A stretch of DNA of 64,000 nucleotides from Octopus bimaculoides (Eukaryota), in assembly GCF_001194135.2 (NCBI RefSeq), contig NC_068981.1, positions 22,264,811-22,328,810 on the forward strand, given 5' to 3'. Shown here one piece after another: positions 1 to 12,305 of this stretch. The translations under genes and the position numbers were made by a program. The notes beneath the pieces were generated by a model that was not told where the DNA came from, did not search any database, and saw nothing but the letters and a program-made list of their open reading frames with translations. Numbering within the stretch: position 1 is the first letter of the stretch; each line of letters starts with the position of its first letter.

Positions 1-977
1 TGTATACCAACCCTAATACACAGCAAGTACTTCTTTGATGAACCACAAACATGAGGTGCTGTAATTCAATACTGCAACATATTTTGTCTGGTGTTATTGT
101 TTATACCACTTCACTGCCTTTTTTTTTTTTACCACATATACAGTAATAATAGAAATGGTGTTTAACACTGGCACAAAGCCACAATTTTGTAGGGAAGGGG
201 TGAAGTCAATTATAATCAGAATCAGTACATATCTAGTACCTACTTTAACCCCAGCCCAACCCATGATGAATGAAAGATAAAATTGGCCTTGGTAAATTTA
301 AACTAAAGGTGTAAACTGATGTTCTACATTTAGCCACTCTACTGGTCACAACAATTATCATCTAGGCACAAGGCCAGAAATATTGATGAGAGGGACAGTT
401 AGTTACATTAGCCCAGTTACTTATTTACAAAAATATGTAAATTAACATCAACTCTATTTGGATTTGAACGAAACACATAAAGGGATATAGTGACCTAAAT
501 CAGACATACACTCTTCTATTGTTTATCATCTGAAATTATATCAAATATGAAGTTCATTAACACAGCTTATTTTCTGTATTGCTTTAATCATAAATATTTC
601 TAGCTTTGGCAAAAAGCCACAAGATGAATGAAAACAAAAGGATATTTTTCTTAACATGTGTTTGGTCAATATTTGACTAAATTATGCACTACTAATCCTT
701 ATTAGCTACCAGTAAACATCTGAATGAAATTGTGTTTCTATGTACTTATATGTATGACTATAGCTTTTATTGTGCTTAATTTATTTTTCATATAAAATAC
801 ATAGATTGCCCAGTATAAAAACATAATGAACAGGGTTTAGTTTTATTTATATCCAAATAACAAAGCAACATTTTTGTGGTCCTCCCACCACTCCTAAAAG
901 AAAAAAAAAATCCATTAAAATCATTGAATTATAAAGGTGTAGTTCTTAGCTTCGACAGGGTCTGAGTTAGGGATTAC

Positions 978-1088
978 CTCAAAGGAATAACCAATTACAC
1001 AGACAAGCACTGCTAAAATGTTGGCACCTAATGCTTTGGTGAATTCGAAGAATGTGATAGCAGCGCACAACACACAAGTTAAAACGCT
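978..1088 (-). other. Exon-like 111-nt cassette encoding a hydrophobic peptide (SVLTCVLCAAITFFEFTKALGANILAVLVCVIGYSFE)
   Basis: Minus strand ttttag|AGC...GAG|gtaat; 37 codons, open only in the phase-0 frame. I recognise no homology, so it may be chance. Confidence 0.2.
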
Positions 1089-1544
1089 CTAAAAATGGTG
1101 TGTATGTGTGTGTGTATGTGGGGTGGACTTTTCTTTCATACATGTTTCATTGAAGGTATGACTATGTTCCAGTTTTATCCTTTTTATTTATAAATTTTTC
1201 ATATTTTCTATCAGTTCCCTGGAACTGATAGTTCCTATAGGATTAAAGTTTATAAATCCACATTCAACATTTCCAAACCTTCACAGATGCAAAATCTATT
1301 TCAGTTCTTGAAAACCAGACTGCAAAAGTGTGGAAGCATTGAACATGAATTTAGAAACTTTATTGTTTTAAAACTAACTGCAAGAAACTGCTACAAAAAT
1401 ATGAGAAATTTGCAATAAAATAAAAAAGAAGATAAAACTGTAACAGTACTGTCTTTACTGAAATATATATAGATCACATGGTATCAGTTTTGATCAGACT
1501 ATTAGATGTTGTACACTTCACACTATTTTAGCCCTCGAAAGATG

Positions 1545-1750
1545 CCACCCCACTGGCTAGGCCAACAGGCCAACATACCCACTGATCAGAAGTTTATTAG
1601 ATTGCAGGGTTCACCCACTTACAGCTGAGTGAGCTGGAGCAATGAAATGAAGTGCTTTGCTCAAAAACACGATGCACCATCTGGTCCGGGAATCAAACCA
1701 ATGATCTAGCGATCATAGGTGCAACACCCCAATGACTCAGCCATGTGCCT
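1545..1750 (-). mobile_element. SINE family E, decayed copy
   Basis: Reverse complement contains gtgtttttgagcaaagcacttcatttcattgctc, shared with the copy at 28427-28660, plus a tRNA-like head. Confidence 0.55.
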
Positions 1751-1778
1751 ACACACACACACACACACATAGAGGCCG

Positions 1779-1938
1779 CACTGTAAAGTGGTTGGTATTG
1801 GGAAGAGCATCCAGTCATAAAAACCATGCCAAAGCAGGCATTGGAGCTCAATGCAGTCCTTCGATACATTGGATCCTGTCAAACCATCCAACCCATGCCG
1901 GCATGGAACATAGATATTAAATGATGATGATGACGATG
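1779..1938 (+). mobile_element. Retroposon family C, diverged 3' end with (GAT)n tail
   Basis: gtggttggtattgggaagagcatccag...aacccatgccggcatgg...ttaaatgatgatgatg; similar to copies at 3735-4192 and 8941-9103. Confidence 0.7.
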
Positions 1939-1944
1939 ACATAC

Positions 1945-2267
1945 GTCGTCGTCATTTAACGTCCGCTTTCCATGCTAGCATGGGTTGGACGATTTGACTG
2001 AGGACTGGTGAAAACAGATGGCTACACCAGGCTCCAATCTGATTTAGCAGAGTTTCTACAGCTGGATGCCCTTCCTAACACCAACCACTCAGAGTGTAGT
2101 GGGTGCTTTTACGTGTCACCCGCACGAAGGCCAGTCAGGCGGTACTGGCAACGGCCACGCTCAAAATGGTGCATTTCATGTGCCACCTGCACAAGAGCCA
2201 GTCCAGGGGCACTGGCAACGATCTCGCTCGAAAAAAAAAAAAAATTTCATGTGTCACCCGCACAAGA
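1945..2267 (-). mobile_element. Retroposon family C copy, cut by N-gap
   Basis: Reverse complement of ...gaagggcatccagctgtagaaactctgc...aacccatgctagcatggaaagcggacgttaaatgacgac; internal repeats of about 60 bp. Confidence 0.8.
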
Positions 2268-3107
2268 NNNNNNNNNNNNNNNNNNNNNNNNNNNNNNNNN
2301 NNNNNNNNNNNNNNNNNNNNNNNNNNNNNNNNNNNNNNNNNNNNNNNNNNNNNNNNNNNNNNNNNNNNNNNNNNNNNNNTATATATATATATATGACAAA
2401 CTGGGCAGAAACATTCAATTTGATTGTTATCAGAAACAATAAACACATAACACTCATTTACAGTTGAGTGATTAGTGTCTGGAAGAGTAATCAGTCACAA
2501 AACACTAGTCCAGTAATTCATTATTTGCTGAACCATCCATGATTCATATAATTAGACAAAAAAAACAACAAAAAAAAGTAACTGATGGCTGAGTTGGTTA
2601 ATGTGGTAGTGTGTTCGACACAATACTTTGTGAGATTTTGTTCAATCCTTTAATATTCTGAGTTCAAACTCTGTTACAGATGATTTTTACCTATGGCAGT
2701 AGATGAAATGTGCATTAGTGAGTTGCAGGGCCTGATGCAAAAGATACCCCAGCAAAAGGAAAGAGAGGGAGAGAAAAGTCAACAATATACTTTGACCTCT
2801 GGTCCACAGTTATGCTGTCTTTCTTTCCCTCTGCCTTTTCTATTGCCCAACTCCTCAGAGCTGTCTGGACTTGTGCCAACACCACTCACTTGCCCCCACC
2901 CTCTAGCACCCACATTGTGCCTAATTGCCTAATCCCTGCATTAACCATTATATCCAGTCTTTCTTGAACAAAGTGTTGGTACTCAGGAATTCTCTCCCTG
3001 TAGCTTTTGATTAGCAACAATTTAAGAAAACATTAATTAAATGCATTGATCTTAATGATCTTGGCAGGCCTGCTGTAGTCATGGGCACACACACATTTCC
3101 TCCAGAC

Positions 3108-3357
3108 CAGTGGTTCTCAACCGTTTTTATACCTATGGACCCCGCTTGATTCCTGTTTCATTCAGATGAACCCTTATAACTATTTGATGTTTAAAAAATC
3201 ATATATTTTTATAATCAAATATTATTATGAACTGTATAAAAAAAATTAAGGTATTTTGTGTATTATAGTAGTACTACCAATTTATTGCTGATAAATTTTT
3301 ATGACAAAAACTTATATGGACACCAAAGGTCATGTGGACCCCAATTGAGGACCATTT
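3108..3357. mobile_element. Non-autonomous hAT-type (Charlie/MER-like) DNA element
   Basis: Starts cagtggttctcaac, ends in decayed ttgaggaccatt; internal ggacccc motifs shared with 47871-48213. Confidence 0.55.
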
Positions 3358-3734
3358 CCTTAAACCAATCCAACAAAATTAAATCTAAAAAAAAAAAAGT
3401 CCTACCTAAATATTCTTATTAGAAGAAGGACCCACCCAAGATAAAACAAAATCTGTTTCAACAATGTTTTCACATCAGGAATCTTGCAAACCAAATACAA
3501 AATAAAAGAAACTAATTAAAAAAAGAAAGAAATATGTAAAAATATAAATGACACTGAATAATGTAAATTGGCTTATCTTAATTATCTAGCTAATCCAATT
3601 TCATTGAATTTTATAATTAGTGGCATACATACCACACCTCTGTTCATATTTTATAATAGGTTACCCTTTTAGCCAGTGTCTTGTGCTTGTATTCTGGGTG
3701 TATTTCTACATATTGACTGCAAATATAAACATTA

Positions 3735-4192
3735 GATGGCACCTGTGCCAGTGGAGTGCTAAGAGCACCATCCGAGCGTGATCATTGCCAGAGTAGCTAT
3801 CTGGCTTCCGTGCCAGTGGAATGTAAATAGCACCATTTGAGCATGATCGTTACCAGTGTCGCCTTACTGGCACGTGGCATGTGAAAAAACATTCAAACGA
3901 GGTTGTTGCCAGTTCCGCTGGATTGGCTCCTTTGCAGGTGGCACATAAAAAACACCATTTTGAGCATGGCCATTGCCAGTACCACCGGACTCGCCCTCAT
4001 GCTGGTGGCACATAAAAGCACCCACTACTCTCTCAGAGTGGTTGGCGTTAGGAAGGGCATCCAGCTGTAGAAACTCTGCCAGATCAGGTTGGAGCCTGGT
4101 GCAGCCTTCTGGTTCGCCAGTCTTCAGTGAAATCGTCCAACCCATGCGAGCATGGAAGGCGGATGTTAAACGATGATGATGATGATGATGAT
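3735..4192 (+). mobile_element. Retroposon family C, long copy with 4-5 internal units of about 60 bp and (GAT)n tail
   Basis: Repeated aaa(g)caccatttgagc..cgttgccagt..actggc units, then gagtggttggcgttaggaagggcatccagctgtag...gttaaacgatgatgatgatg. Confidence 0.8.
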
Positions 4193-7100
4193 CACTTCTC
4201 TTTCTACATATATCCTGTCCATCAATGAACAAGATATATGTAGAAAGAGAGTGAGGAACCCCTCCCTCCAGTGGAAGTAAAATTTTACCCACATTCATTC
4301 AAATGTGAAACTTTCCTCTAATGATGTCTCTGAAAGCCAATATGATAAAAATTGTTTATGCCTTAAGACTAAAACATCTGTTGCATAACTTTAAATTATT
4401 GAAATTAATAATTCAATATTTTTCTTAGTACAGATGCACCCCCCCCCCCAACAAGTTCTAATACATTTGTAATTCACTCCTGGCACCAGAAAGACTCCCT
4501 ACTGCTAATGAATCTAGAAAGATATGTATAGTTGTTAAATCCCAAGGCAACCCTGATTGAGATGTGATCATTGAAACGATGTATCTAGGGCTGCATCAAC
4601 CAATTTGCTAATAGTGTCTTTTCTGAAGACAACAAAGTATGATTTAACTCTTTAGCATTTAAACCGGACACAACCAACCAAAATATTCTACTTGTTTTAT
4701 GTTCAAACTGGCCAGGTCTTGCCTCTCATGCCTACTTTAAAATGTCATTCCCCAAAAATATACAATCATATCATTGAAATCTCAAAGCTACAGGATAATA
4801 GATGCTTAATTCAAAACAATGTGAATAAATAAGCATTGCATTCGACAGAATAATCTGAATGCTAAAGGGTTAAGGAAGATTGTGCTGCTGTTTCTAACAG
4901 GTCAATTAACCACTTGGAAAGTTTATCATTGGTTCATGTTAATAGATACTGATGGCTGTAAATTGGCAGAATCATTAGCATATCAGAATAAAATACTTTG
5001 TGGTATTTAGTTACATTCCATTATATTTTGAATTTACATCCTAACAAAAATAGATTTTGGGTTTTTATTACTTGATAACTTGAATGTGTAGAACCAGTTC
5101 ACTGACAGATCTTAAGAAATAAGGAACATCAAATCTTAAAGCAGTTTTGGAACTGTTTTCCAGCAGAAATTACATACCAAATTCAAAGTGGTGGAACAAT
5201 GAAATATAAAAAAATTTGAGGAAAAGTGTGACGAATTCTGGTTATGAAGTTTAAATGCCTCACAAATAAGCAGATTCAGGTCGGAATAATAACTCAAAAT
5301 ATGCAATTGTGAGTGTCGAGATAGACAAAGATCTGGCAAATGCATAACTGAATGAAGGAGGACCTGAATAGAAAGGAAGAAATAACATTAAGTTACTTCT
5401 TGACTGCATGGTTTATGCTCATAGCAAAACCTGTTTTTCAATGCAAGCTAATAAAACTCAAGTGTGCTTGTAATCCGTAACAGTGTGCTGAACGCGATCA
5501 TAATACCCATTGCTTGCAGCACATGATATCACAAGAAGGTAGAACAACTGGAGGATGTGGCTGTTGAGATAGTTGACTTTTTGGCCTCAGGTACACCCAG
5601 ATCTAGCATACCCATGATCAAAAGCACTCCAGTAGTAGCCATATTATCTTACTTTCAGGGATAATGCATCTTCTGAACCTCACAATATTTAAATTCATTC
5701 CTCAATGTTGTCTGAGCTTATTTTTACTTTTATACTACCTAGATTTATATGATGAAAGTCATTCCAACTGTGACTATTACAGCTTAATTTCAGACATACT
5801 GGATAAAGAAATCCTGAATATACCGTGTCCTGAAGATGGTAGAGTGTAATTCGAAGGACGTTTGGCAGGTCAATCAATCATATCAAAACTTCCTCTGTTG
5901 TTGATAATGATCGTGATAAAATAGTTAGTGCCTAACTAAATCACAGAAACCTAGTTTATAAGTCGGTGAGTGATCAGGTAATATACTTTCAGAGAATAAG
6001 ATTTATTGGTCTTAATTTAAGCTCCATGCAACATTTTAATCACTAGTAGCAATGATTAATAGTACACAAGAATAAATCACACACACACAGTCACTAGCAC
6101 TAAACAGGTAAACCTTTCTTCCTAGCTATATAGTTTAAACAGTACAAAGCAACTGTTGTTGATTAATATAATTGCGATGCAAGCAGCAGTTAGTTTGTAC
6201 AGCCAAAAATAAAGACAAACTCACATATCTTCACGTTACGAAGAACACAAATAAGTCGCAGACAATTTGAGGGAAATGGACAGGAAGAGAAGAAAGAAAA
6301 ATCAAAAACCCAGAAGCAAAAAAAAACAAAAAAACCCCTAAATCTCTGTAAAATGTACATAATATTCCACACTAATCTATTCTTGAGTTAAAAATTCAAA
6401 TTAAAAATTAAAAAATACAGAACAAACGTAAAAATATTAATTGAATGCTCCAATTAAATTACTAATTGAAAAAAAAAAAAAAAGTAACATAATCACCAAT
6501 ACTGGAATATATAGTATTATCTTTAATGCAACGAAGCCATTTCACACCTCCTGTTCTGTCTATTTTCATTTCTAAGGTTTTAGATTCACATTTTTGTTGC
6601 AACCATTTAAATTTTTTTTTTGCTAAGCTTTCACACATTATGCGATTCTAAGTAGACCAATTTCTCAAATATTTGTTCTTAAAAGTTTGTCAAGTAAAAA
6701 AGTAAAACCATTATCATTGCTGTCATCATCATCATCATCACTGCTACTTTTATTAAAAATATTCATGTTTCTATATTACTTTTAGAGGGTTGAACAGATT
6801 TGTAAAATTATATTTCCAGCTGAATCAACCCCAAATAACTTCCACCAGTAACCGTCTGATCAGACTATAATGTATGTTAACAAAGAAACCAGAAAGTACA
6901 TCAGTCAAAATAGTGTGTATAGAAAGAAAAAGAAAATAGCTTAATAGTCTGAATAAACATCTTACATTCTATTTAACACCGCATGTCAAAAACTGCTATT
7001 TCTATCGTTAAGCCATTTACAAAAATCATAGCCTTTTCTTTATTTTTTAAATTTTGGCTGCAGTTCAACTATGTTTCCTATCTATTAATATTCCAAAATA

Positions 7101-7539
7101 TACCTGCTTCTCATTTTCTTTTTACATCACATGTTTATACTACGCGAATTGTTGAAACTTGGTCTCATGCAACATTTGATATTGTGAATACTTGGTTACC
7201 ATGGAACTCTTTCACTAGTTCCAGCACCATATTTACTTTACTCATTCAGTAGATCAGACCTATTGTACTCTTTTGTGACACATGCTTATCTTATCCACTA
7301 CTCTCTCACATTCTTCAGGCAAGATTCTTATATAAAGAAACTATTTCTTTTTAAACTGATAACCAGAGACATTTATAGATATTCCCAATGTGTAGTCATA
7401 TGAAATAATCAAATCACAAAATATGTTTGACTGCTGTGATTGTTAAAATGATTTCCAGGGTCTTGTATTTATTTATCATCGTCATTTAACATGTCTTCCA
7501 TGCTGGTATGGGTTGGGTGGTTTGACAAAAAGGAAAAAA

Positions 7540-7678
7540 GTCGGCGAGCTGGCAGAGTTGTTAGCACGCCGGGCGAAATGCTTAGCAGTATTTTGTCTGC
7601 CGTTACGTTCTGAGTTCAAATTCTGCCGAGGTTGACCTTGCTTTTCATCCTTTCGGGGTCGATTAAATAAGTACCAGT
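7540..7678 (+). mobile_element. tRNA-derived SINE family A, 3'-truncated
   Basis: ggcgagctggcaga (A-box-like), gagttcaaattc (B-box-like), ...cctttcggggtcgattaaataagtaccag; recurs more than 10 times in the window. Confidence 0.8.
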
Positions 7679-8715
7679 AAAAAAAAAAAAAAAAAAAAAA
7701 AAAAGTGAAGTTGTGATGTTGATACTTTTCCAAAACTAACAGCATCAAACCGTATTTGGTGGCATAAAAGATGCACCCTAATTGCAGCAGTGCATATTCA
7801 GGAAAACAGTTTTTACTGCATTAAAGCTTATGACAGGCCCAACTTTGCATATAGAACCCTGGGTGATTTTTGAGATTAAAAAATTTTGTTTTTTATTTTT
7901 AGAAAAAGTGCACTTTAAGTGCCATCAAACACAGAACTACGATAGTTCTAACTGGGAATTGAAACTATGCTGTGGCTTTGGCTCATCGAGAAACTATCAC
8001 CACACCAAGGGAAAAGGGCTGTGACACTGCATTATTACTGTTGTTTACTGGCTTCTTAACTCTGAAAAACACTACAATCAGTGATTAATTGTCAACAGAT
8101 TAATTATATCACAGGGATTTTGTTAAAAACAATTACCTACAAGGAAATTTCTCAGACATTAGTTCATCCAAATGACTCACACCTACAGGACGAGATTTGT
8201 TTGTCTTGAAAAGGTTTTGATTCACTAGAGTTGAATACTTCATTTTCTACTTGTTTAACAATCCTTGCAACTACCACTGATTAAAGAGAGGTAAACTGCC
8301 AGCCTATCAAATTTGTAACCTAGTTACATTTCTCAGTTGAATTCTTTCATTATTCAAAATTTAATTAAGAAACAACACAATTCAAAATTAAGAAGTAAAG
8401 TAAAAATCAGAATATAAGGAAATTAGGTGGCTCGCTTTATATATAATTCCCAAATACTTTTCATAAAAGACTCAACTTCAAACATCAGATCTTGTTTCTC
8501 CACGTGGTACACAAACTTACATGAATTTTACAAAAATTAAGTTGATTAAAAAAAAGAAAAAAACTTCCCCTTGAACTATGTTAAGATATGAGAAATATAA
8601 ATTTATAAGATTTCAACAAAAGATTTTACAAATGGGAATCATTTACACATGCACAATACTTGGTAAGAACTACTATTTAATATGGCACTTTCACAAACTT
8701 TTGCCATCAATACTC

Positions 8716-9255
8716 TTTACTCTTTTATTTGTTTCAGTTATTTGACTGCAGCCATGCTGGAGCACCACTTTTAGTTGAGCAAGTCGACCCTAGGACTTAT
8801 TCTTTGTAAGCTTAGTACTTATTCTATCAGTCTCTTTTGCTGAATTACTAAGTTATGGGGACGTAAACACACCACCATCGGTTGTCAAGCGATGTTGGGG
8901 GGACAAACTTATACACACACATACATACATATATAACGCTAACCACTCTCTGAGTGGTTGGCGTTAGGAAGGGCATCCAGCTGTAGAAACTCTGCCAAAT
9001 TAGATTGGAGCCTGGTGTAGCCATCCGGTTGCACGAGTCCTCAGTCAAATCGTCCAACCCATGCTAGCATGGAAAGCGGACGTTAAACGATGATGATGAT
9101 GATATATATAACAGGCTTCTTTCAGTTTCTGTCTACCAAATCCACTTACAAGGCTTTGGTCGGTCTGAGGCTATAGTAGAAGACACTTGCCCAAGGTGCT
9201 ACAAAGTGGGAATGAACCCGGAACCATGTGGTTGGTAAGCAAGCTACTTACCACA
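8716..9255 (-). mobile_element. tRNA-derived SINE family B with nested family C fragment
   Basis: Reverse complement matches 34239-34633; interrupted at 8941-9103. Confidence 0.8.
8941..9103 (+). mobile_element. Family C 3' fragment inserted in the microsatellite spacer of a family B SINE
   Basis: gagtggttggcgttaggaagggcatcc...aaacgatgatgatgat, flanked on both sides by atatataac. Confidence 0.8.
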
Positions 9256-9479
9256 CCAGCAGATGAAGTCAGTGCCTGATGAGGTAAATTCCAGTAAACT
9301 GGGTATCTGACAGTCCACTGCAGCAGAACACTACCCTTACTGTTGCATTATCTTTGTATTATGTCAAAGTAACACTAAAAAAAAAAAAATTATAAATTCA
9401 TATACAAATGCTTATCCAGATTCCAACACAATGTTGGAAGGAAGAAATGCTAAAATGTCATAAAAATCTCAATGTCAGC

Positions 9480-11280
9480 AACAATTACTGTACTTTTTAA
9501 AGCAGCTTTGGGATCTGGACTGAAGAAGAGCATACTTGAACCAGTGGTACTTGATGCTGCAGAAATAAACCTTGATTCACACAGTAATCTAAACAGTTCA
9601 ATGAAAATAGCCACACAATAAAAGCACTAATTGTAGAAAGGAAAAAAGTAAAACTTGACAAAGGGAACAGTACTAACTGTAAAGTCAAAGACAGGGTTTG
9701 TCATGTCAGAAACACAACAAAGAAAACTTAGAAATACACAGAATTAATGGTGGCTTGACAAAGCCTCAAGAAAATATAAGACTGTATAGACAAGAACCAA
9801 TCAAGAGGCTTCTTCAAAGTTTTTAGGCCCACAGATATGAGAAAGGTCCCAAATAATTTGCAGATGGAAATCTCACTGTAAAAAAAAAAAAAGAAAAAAA
9901 AAGATGCAATACTGGTGAGATGATAAAAGCATTTTGAAAATTTAATTGTCCATCAAATACATCACTTGAGTATAATGACAACAGTACATCAAAGTGTAAA
10001 TAGAGAGTTGAGGGACAGTGTCCCATAGCAGTAAACTGTTCCTCTACACCTGGCTGTTCCACCATCACTGAAAGAACCATGATGATCTCCAAAATATGAA
10101 ATAACACACTTGGAGGATCAGATAAAATTCTGGTAATGAAATTTTAAAAAAAATTAATATAGTGTGTAAATTACTGAAGTATTTCTCTTTTCTTCATAGA
10201 TGGAAAAGTCCTCATAACAACTTTTATAGGTAGGTTGATTTCTGCTTGTAGAACAAATACTTCCAAAAAGCCAATGAGCATTTAGACCTGATCACAGTGT
10301 GGAAGACATCATTGTTTCCTTATGACAAACCCAAGTGTTTAACAAAGCTGTTCCCTTTGAACATTTTCCTCTGATCTTATCAAGGCTTTTGATGCCATAT
10401 GGCACTATGATGAAGATTCCTGATTGCTCTGGAGACTCACTTCATTTCTTAAGATTTGTTAAGGCTCTTCATTATGATATGACAAGATAAATAATTTAAG
10501 GGGAAACCATTTTGTCTTTCCATTATTGAAAAGGCTGCTCAACAGGATGCTGTTCTTTCTCTGACTGCATTAATCTATATCCTGTAGCTATGCTGCAATT
10601 AGTACTATAATTACCAGCTGTAATTCCCATTTAGTTTCATTATAATGGAAATGCTTTCAACTTTTAGTGGCTAAAAACAACAGGAAAACCAATGTCTTTA
10701 CTTCTAAGCTTCAATATACTGAAAACATTGTCAGAAAGCACAGTCCTGAAGACCACAAGGCTACTTCAAACATATTTGTGACTGTTTATGAACATTTTGA
10801 AGTGTAAGTTAAAATTTTAAAAAATAAAGGTCTTGGCACAATCTCAACCTGGAATAGAAACACTCATTTTCAAATTCAAATCAACAACCACACTGAACAA
10901 GTTGAATGTTTCTGTTATCTGGGATACATCAAGGATAAAATGAAGATGCAACAGGATCCAATGAAATTTCAAAATGTATTTGCCTTGCATATGTTGCTTT
11001 GAGAAAATGTACAAAAGTCTCTACTGATGAGATGTAATCAAAGCAAGCACCAAGTTGATGGTTTACAAAGCTGTTGTTCTCATAACCTTCTTGTAAGGAT
11101 ATGGAGATGTGAAGCCAGGATGCTTTATTGAAAAAACATAAAAATGTTGGAAAACTTCCATCATACAAAGCTGCAAACCAATTTGTGTACACATTGGCAA
11201 AATCATATTACAAATAATGAAATACTTGACTGAGCCAGACTCAACAGCATTGAGGCTGAAGTGTTACGTTGTCAGCCTCA
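9480..11280 (+). mobile_element. Decayed RTE-clade LINE (reverse transcriptase remnant)
   Basis: Frameshifted motifs: DLIKAFDAI (gatcttatcaaggcttttgatgccata, 10373-10399), a GVKQGCVLS-like stretch (about 10530-10560), a FCYLG-like stretch (about 10910) and TKLMVYKAVVL (from 11049). Order matches RTE/BovB-type RT. Confidence 0.75.
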
Positions 11281-12268
11281 ATCATCATCATAATAATTTA
11301 GTATGAACTTCCATGCTTGCATGGGTGAAACAGAATTTGTTGAGGCAGATTTTCTACAGCCAGATACCCTTCTTGTCAGCAACCATCACATGTTTCTCAG
11401 TAAGGTAATATTTCTTCATAGCCAAACATTTTTTTCAATGAAGACTGGAAAGGAATAACATTGGTCATTTACAACCATCACATGATGTCAAGACAAAGGT
11501 ACACATAAACACACATACACATATATGATTGGTTTCTTTCAGTTTCCATTCACTGAATCCACCCACAAGGCTTTGGTTGATTTAGGGCTATAAGTGTACA
11601 CTTGCCCAAGACACAATGCAGTGGGACTGAAGCAAGATTCTTCACAACACAGCCATGCGCTTGCAATGGGCACTACATATTGAAAGAATGTCATACCACT
11701 CACTGACTGTCAGAAGAGCTTATGTAAGAATTATACGATGCATGTCCAGTAGAAGCTGAGGTGACAATACAAGGATCAACTAAAGTAAACACTGAAAAAC
11801 TGATGTATCTTTATGGAAGGTTGAAAAACCTGATAGACAGCTCTGATTGAGAAAATAACATATTAGACGTGTATAAAGAGGAGGCTGATATTATTTGAAG
11901 ATGATGTTGGAATGAAACCCAACTCTTAGACCTAGCAGCACTACAATTCTCATGTCCTCACTGGCAAGGTACTATAAGGTGTAAACTACATTAATGTAGA
12001 ACAAATAAATTAAATATAGTCAAATACTTGATTCTGAGAGGTAAATGTACCTTGGGTAACTTGGATATTATTCTAAGATATATGGTTGTGTATATATATA
12101 CACAAGATATATATATATATGGTTGTGTGTTGGTGTGTTTACGACCGATAGAATGAATACTAGGCTTAAAAGAAAAATGTCCTGTAGTCGTTTTGTTCGA
12201 CTAAAACTCTTCAAAGTGGTGCCCCGGCATGGCCGCAGTCATATGGGTAAAACAAGTAAAAAAATAAC

Positions 12269-12305
<37 letters not shown>

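Noticed and set aside
2008-2467. ORFs of 97-144 aa spanning 2008-2467, and all long ORFs across N-gaps (about 29.0, 30.6, 35.1, 36.7 and 56.5 kb)
   Set aside because: Length comes from N runs translated as X; the remaining sequence is SINE or microsatellite.
3735-4030. CRISPR-like repeat-spacer array
   Set aside because: Diverged tandem units without unique spacers, inside a eukaryotic retroposon; no cas genes.
5280-5880. Possible second RTE-like LINE remnant
   Set aside because: Only vague resemblance; no diagnostic RT motif readable.
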